DNA of 41,926 bases from Bigelowiella natans CCMP2755 (lineage: Eukaryota; Protista; Cercozoa), in the NCBI GenBank assembly GCA_000320545.1, contig ADNK01002545.1, forward strand, positions 1-41,926. The letters are read 5' to 3'. The translations under genes and the position numbers were made by a program. Of this stretch, positions 39,592 through 41,926 are shown piece by piece. Within the stretch, counting starts at the first letter, position 1, and every line of letters starts with the position of its first letter. Below the pieces are notes generated by a model. The model was not told the DNA's origin. It made no database searches and saw nothing but the letters and a program-made list of their open reading frames with translations.

Positions 39592-40710
39592 TGCAACCGT
39601 GAAACACTCCCGTCACCACGTGACCTTCTTTGTCAAGTGACTTGTGCTTCCAATGTGTGGCCCCCGTGCCCACTCCACGAAAACTTTTGCAACCAGCAAA
39701 CGTGCACCTGTGTTCACTTTTTTCACAGCCCCAAACCTGCCAGTTGCCAACATCGACATCAAAGTTTGCACAACCGCAGAAAGCTTCGCTGCAAACGTGC
39801 ACAATTGTGAGCTCCCACTTGTTTGGCCCCTTTCCTTCGAAAGACTTGCAATCTCGGAAAGCACCATCAATGGAGGTGCAACTGATGAGGTTCCAATGCT
39901 GCAAATCTGCGTTGAACGAGTGGCATCCGCGGAAGCAATCCTTCAATGTTTGAACTTTTGCGACATCCCAACGTTCAAGTCCGTGGCCACCAAAATCAGA
40001 GCAGTTTTCAAGTGTGCTCTCCACGCTGCAACTTGTTCAGTCGACCACTTTCGACGTCTTCTCTCTTTGTGCCCTTCACACCCATGGACAGTTGCAGAAA
40101 TTTGTGATTGCACTGACATCCCAATCTTCCACCCTTGCCGTGCAAGGAGGCAATTTGGTTTTTCTCTTGTTCGTTGGTTCCCCTTCACGATTGGAATTGC
40201 CAGACGCAGTTTGTTCTTTGATTTGAATGGCTTGAAATCACACATCGCTTTCCTTTGGTCACAGGTGAGACTTCGACGAAGTGTGTCCATTTCGTTTCGA
40301 AGTTCGATGTCGTGTTCGCAATTGTCTTCGGCCTTGAAGAATTGAGGACACCAATCAATTCGAGGATTTGCACGCACGTTGCTCACGGGATCAAGGCCTG
40401 GTTTGTGTTTCCACCGTTCTCAAGTGACGAGCAGTTCGCAATGCTTTCCACACTTGCCAACACAACCGGAATTCTCACACCTCTCTTCCACGTGCATCAG
40501 CCTGACAGGTTCCCACATCGCGTGCAATGACACAGGGCATCGGCACTTGAATGGAACACCAGCTTCACCACACTTCAAGTCTTTCCTTCCGGGATGAGGA
40601 GCCTTCACTTCACCAATCTTCAATCCTCTCCACGAATTCTTCCTTTTCCGCGTTTTCTCCTTTTCCGAAGGTTTGCTGGAATCCTTCACGTCGTTCTTTC
40701 TCTTCACCCT
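39512..40710 (-). pseudogene. DUF285/BspA-like (PARCEL) repeat protein, frameshifted
   Basis: Repeats EDWDVSAITNF (alternative frame near 40120), ERWDVAKVQTLKDCFRGCHSFNADLQHWN, AFRDCKSFEGKGPNKW and AF(C)GCANFDVDVGNW. Upstream ORFs 40782-40420 and 40386-39943 are in frame across one TGA. Confidence 0.7.
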
Positions 40711-40711
40711 G

Positions 40712-41508
40712 CAAGCGATCGTGCAGCAGCAGCCTGTGGACAAACACGTGAACAAACGACACAGTGAGAGGGGGAGGTTCATTCACAGTTCACAAACTTG
40801 AGCAACTCGAGACGCCACCTTGAACAAGCTCTTGCCTCCATCCACAAGTCTGTCTGTGCCATCACAACCCCCCACGCACACATCCATGACGTCACTTCAT
40901 GGCATGCATCCTGCTTTTGAGTCAAGGGATGCCTGTTGCAGAGACTGGTCGACACAGGGAGGGGTCGATGGAGTGAACGCTGACAGCAAACAAGCGATCG
41001 TGTGGCAGCAGCCTGTGGATGAGTGTGTGAACAAACGACACAGCAAGAGGGGGAGGTTCACTCACAGTTCACAAGTTTGAGCAACTCGAGACGCCACTTT
41101 GAACAAGCTCTTGCCTCCATCCATGAGTCTGTCTGTGCCATCACAACCCCCTGTGCACACATCTGTGACATTGTTTCACAGCGTGCATCCTGCTTTTGAG
41201 TTGAGGGATGCCCATTGTGGAGATCAGTCGACACAGGGAGGGGTCGATGGAGTGAACGCTGATGGCAAACAAGCGATCGTGCAGCAGCAGCCTGTGGACA
41301 AATGTGTGAACAAACGACACAGCAAGAGGGGGAGGTTCATTCACAGTTCACAAACTTGAGCAACTCGAGACGCCACTTTGAACAAGCTCTTGCCTCTGTC
41401 CACAAATCCATCTGTGCTGTCACAACCCCCCATGCACACGTCTGGAACAGCATGCATCCTGCTTTTGAGTTGAGCAATGGGAACACCCATTGCAAAGATT
41501 GGTCGACA
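40712..41508. repeat. Tandem repeat, 279-bp unit, about 2.9 copies
   Basis: CAAGCGATCGTG starts at 40712, 40991 and 41270. Copies differ mainly by reciprocal CA/TG dinucleotides. Confidence 0.95.
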
Positions 41509-41598
41509 ATGAACAATGAACAATGAACATTGAAGAAAGCGTTGATCAAAACCACACGCGCCAGAACGCAGGGAGGGATCGAGTGAATGACTAGCTCT

Positions 41599-41781
41599 GT
41601 AGCGCGTACCACTACGCGGGCACAAGTCACGTGCGACAACAAAGGGGTTGTCGCGGATATAGAATATAGATAACGTAGATATTAATACAGCATAGGCACG
41701 TGGGTTCCGGCGGGACTCATGGCAGCACACCGGAAGTGTGCTGCCCCACGTGCGGCGGCATTCGCGAAAGCTTCGCGAATG
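41599..41781. other. Cluster of GC-rich inverted repeats
   Basis: CGCGTA/TACGCG (41603-41618), GCGACAAC/GTTGTCGC (41633-41654), GCACGTGGG/CCCACGTGC (41696-41753) enclosing GGCAGCACAC/GTGTGCTGCC (41721-41745), and CATTCGCGAA/TTCGCGAATG (41759-41781). Confidence 0.75.
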
Positions 41782-41926
41782 ATTACGCAGTGCACGATTT
41801 AATAAAAATATAATCTTTAATAAAAATAAACACAACTCTTCAAAAGGAAGCAAACGTGCCTTTCCCCCCCCCTGCCTACTTGTGCACGTAGCGCCTCGGC
41901 CTGTGAACACCTTACGCGCAACAACC

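Larger units (their letters stand above)
30960..41585. other. TpA-depleted hypermutated block 2
   Basis: Over 10 kb with only a handful of TA dinucleotides (e.g. CTAG at 36398, 36678, 38333; CTA at 32514 and 32575). No Tyr seen in the 1014-aa and 647-aa ORFs. Confidence 0.95.

Noticed and set aside
30960-41585. Classical fungal RIP or simple CpG decay
   Set aside because: RIP produces TpA and lowers GC. Here TpA is destroyed, CpG remains abundant, and conserved Tyr codons are the ones altered.
41691-41760. Hammerhead ribozyme on the minus strand
   Set aside because: There is a partial ATGAGTCC...GGA resemblance, but the CUGANGA and GAAA core is not intact.
24785-41910. Dense overlapping six-frame ORFs as real overlapping or antisense genes
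   Set aside because: Loss of TA removes TAA and TAG stops on both strands, so long spurious ORFs are expected.

Overview
Eukaryotic genomic DNA with short spliceosomal introns and many microsatellites. Bipartite signal/transit-like presequences and a PALE CRESS-like gene suggest an alga with a green secondary plastid, such as a chlorarachniophyte (inference). 1-24.6 kb holds ordinary intron-rich host genes: a PAC-like plastid protein (+), a GT8 glycosyltransferase-like gene (-), a multi-pass membrane protein (+) and the 5' end of a divergent gene. Two blocks (~24.7-28.3 kb and ~31.0-41.6 kb) have been almost stripped of TpA dinucleotides by TA->TG / TA->CA transitions, so Tyr codons became His/Cys, Leu became Ser/Pro, and Ile became Met/Thr. 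The blocks contain a full-length Ty3/gypsy LTR retrotransposon (198-bp LTRs, ACGT TSD, Dam-methylase-like C-terminal domain) inserted into a long intronless gene, a DUF285/BspA-like pseudogene, a 279-bp tandem array and a class II nucleotidyltransferase pseudogene. Between the blocks an intact intronless 7TM (GR/OR/DUF3537-like) gene is spared. The main candidate new system is a region-targeted A:T->G:C hypermutation (opposite in direction to fungal RIP) that inactivates mobile or foreign DNA and spares CTAG. Protein family calls are from remembered motifs, not database searches, and exon chains were read by eye.
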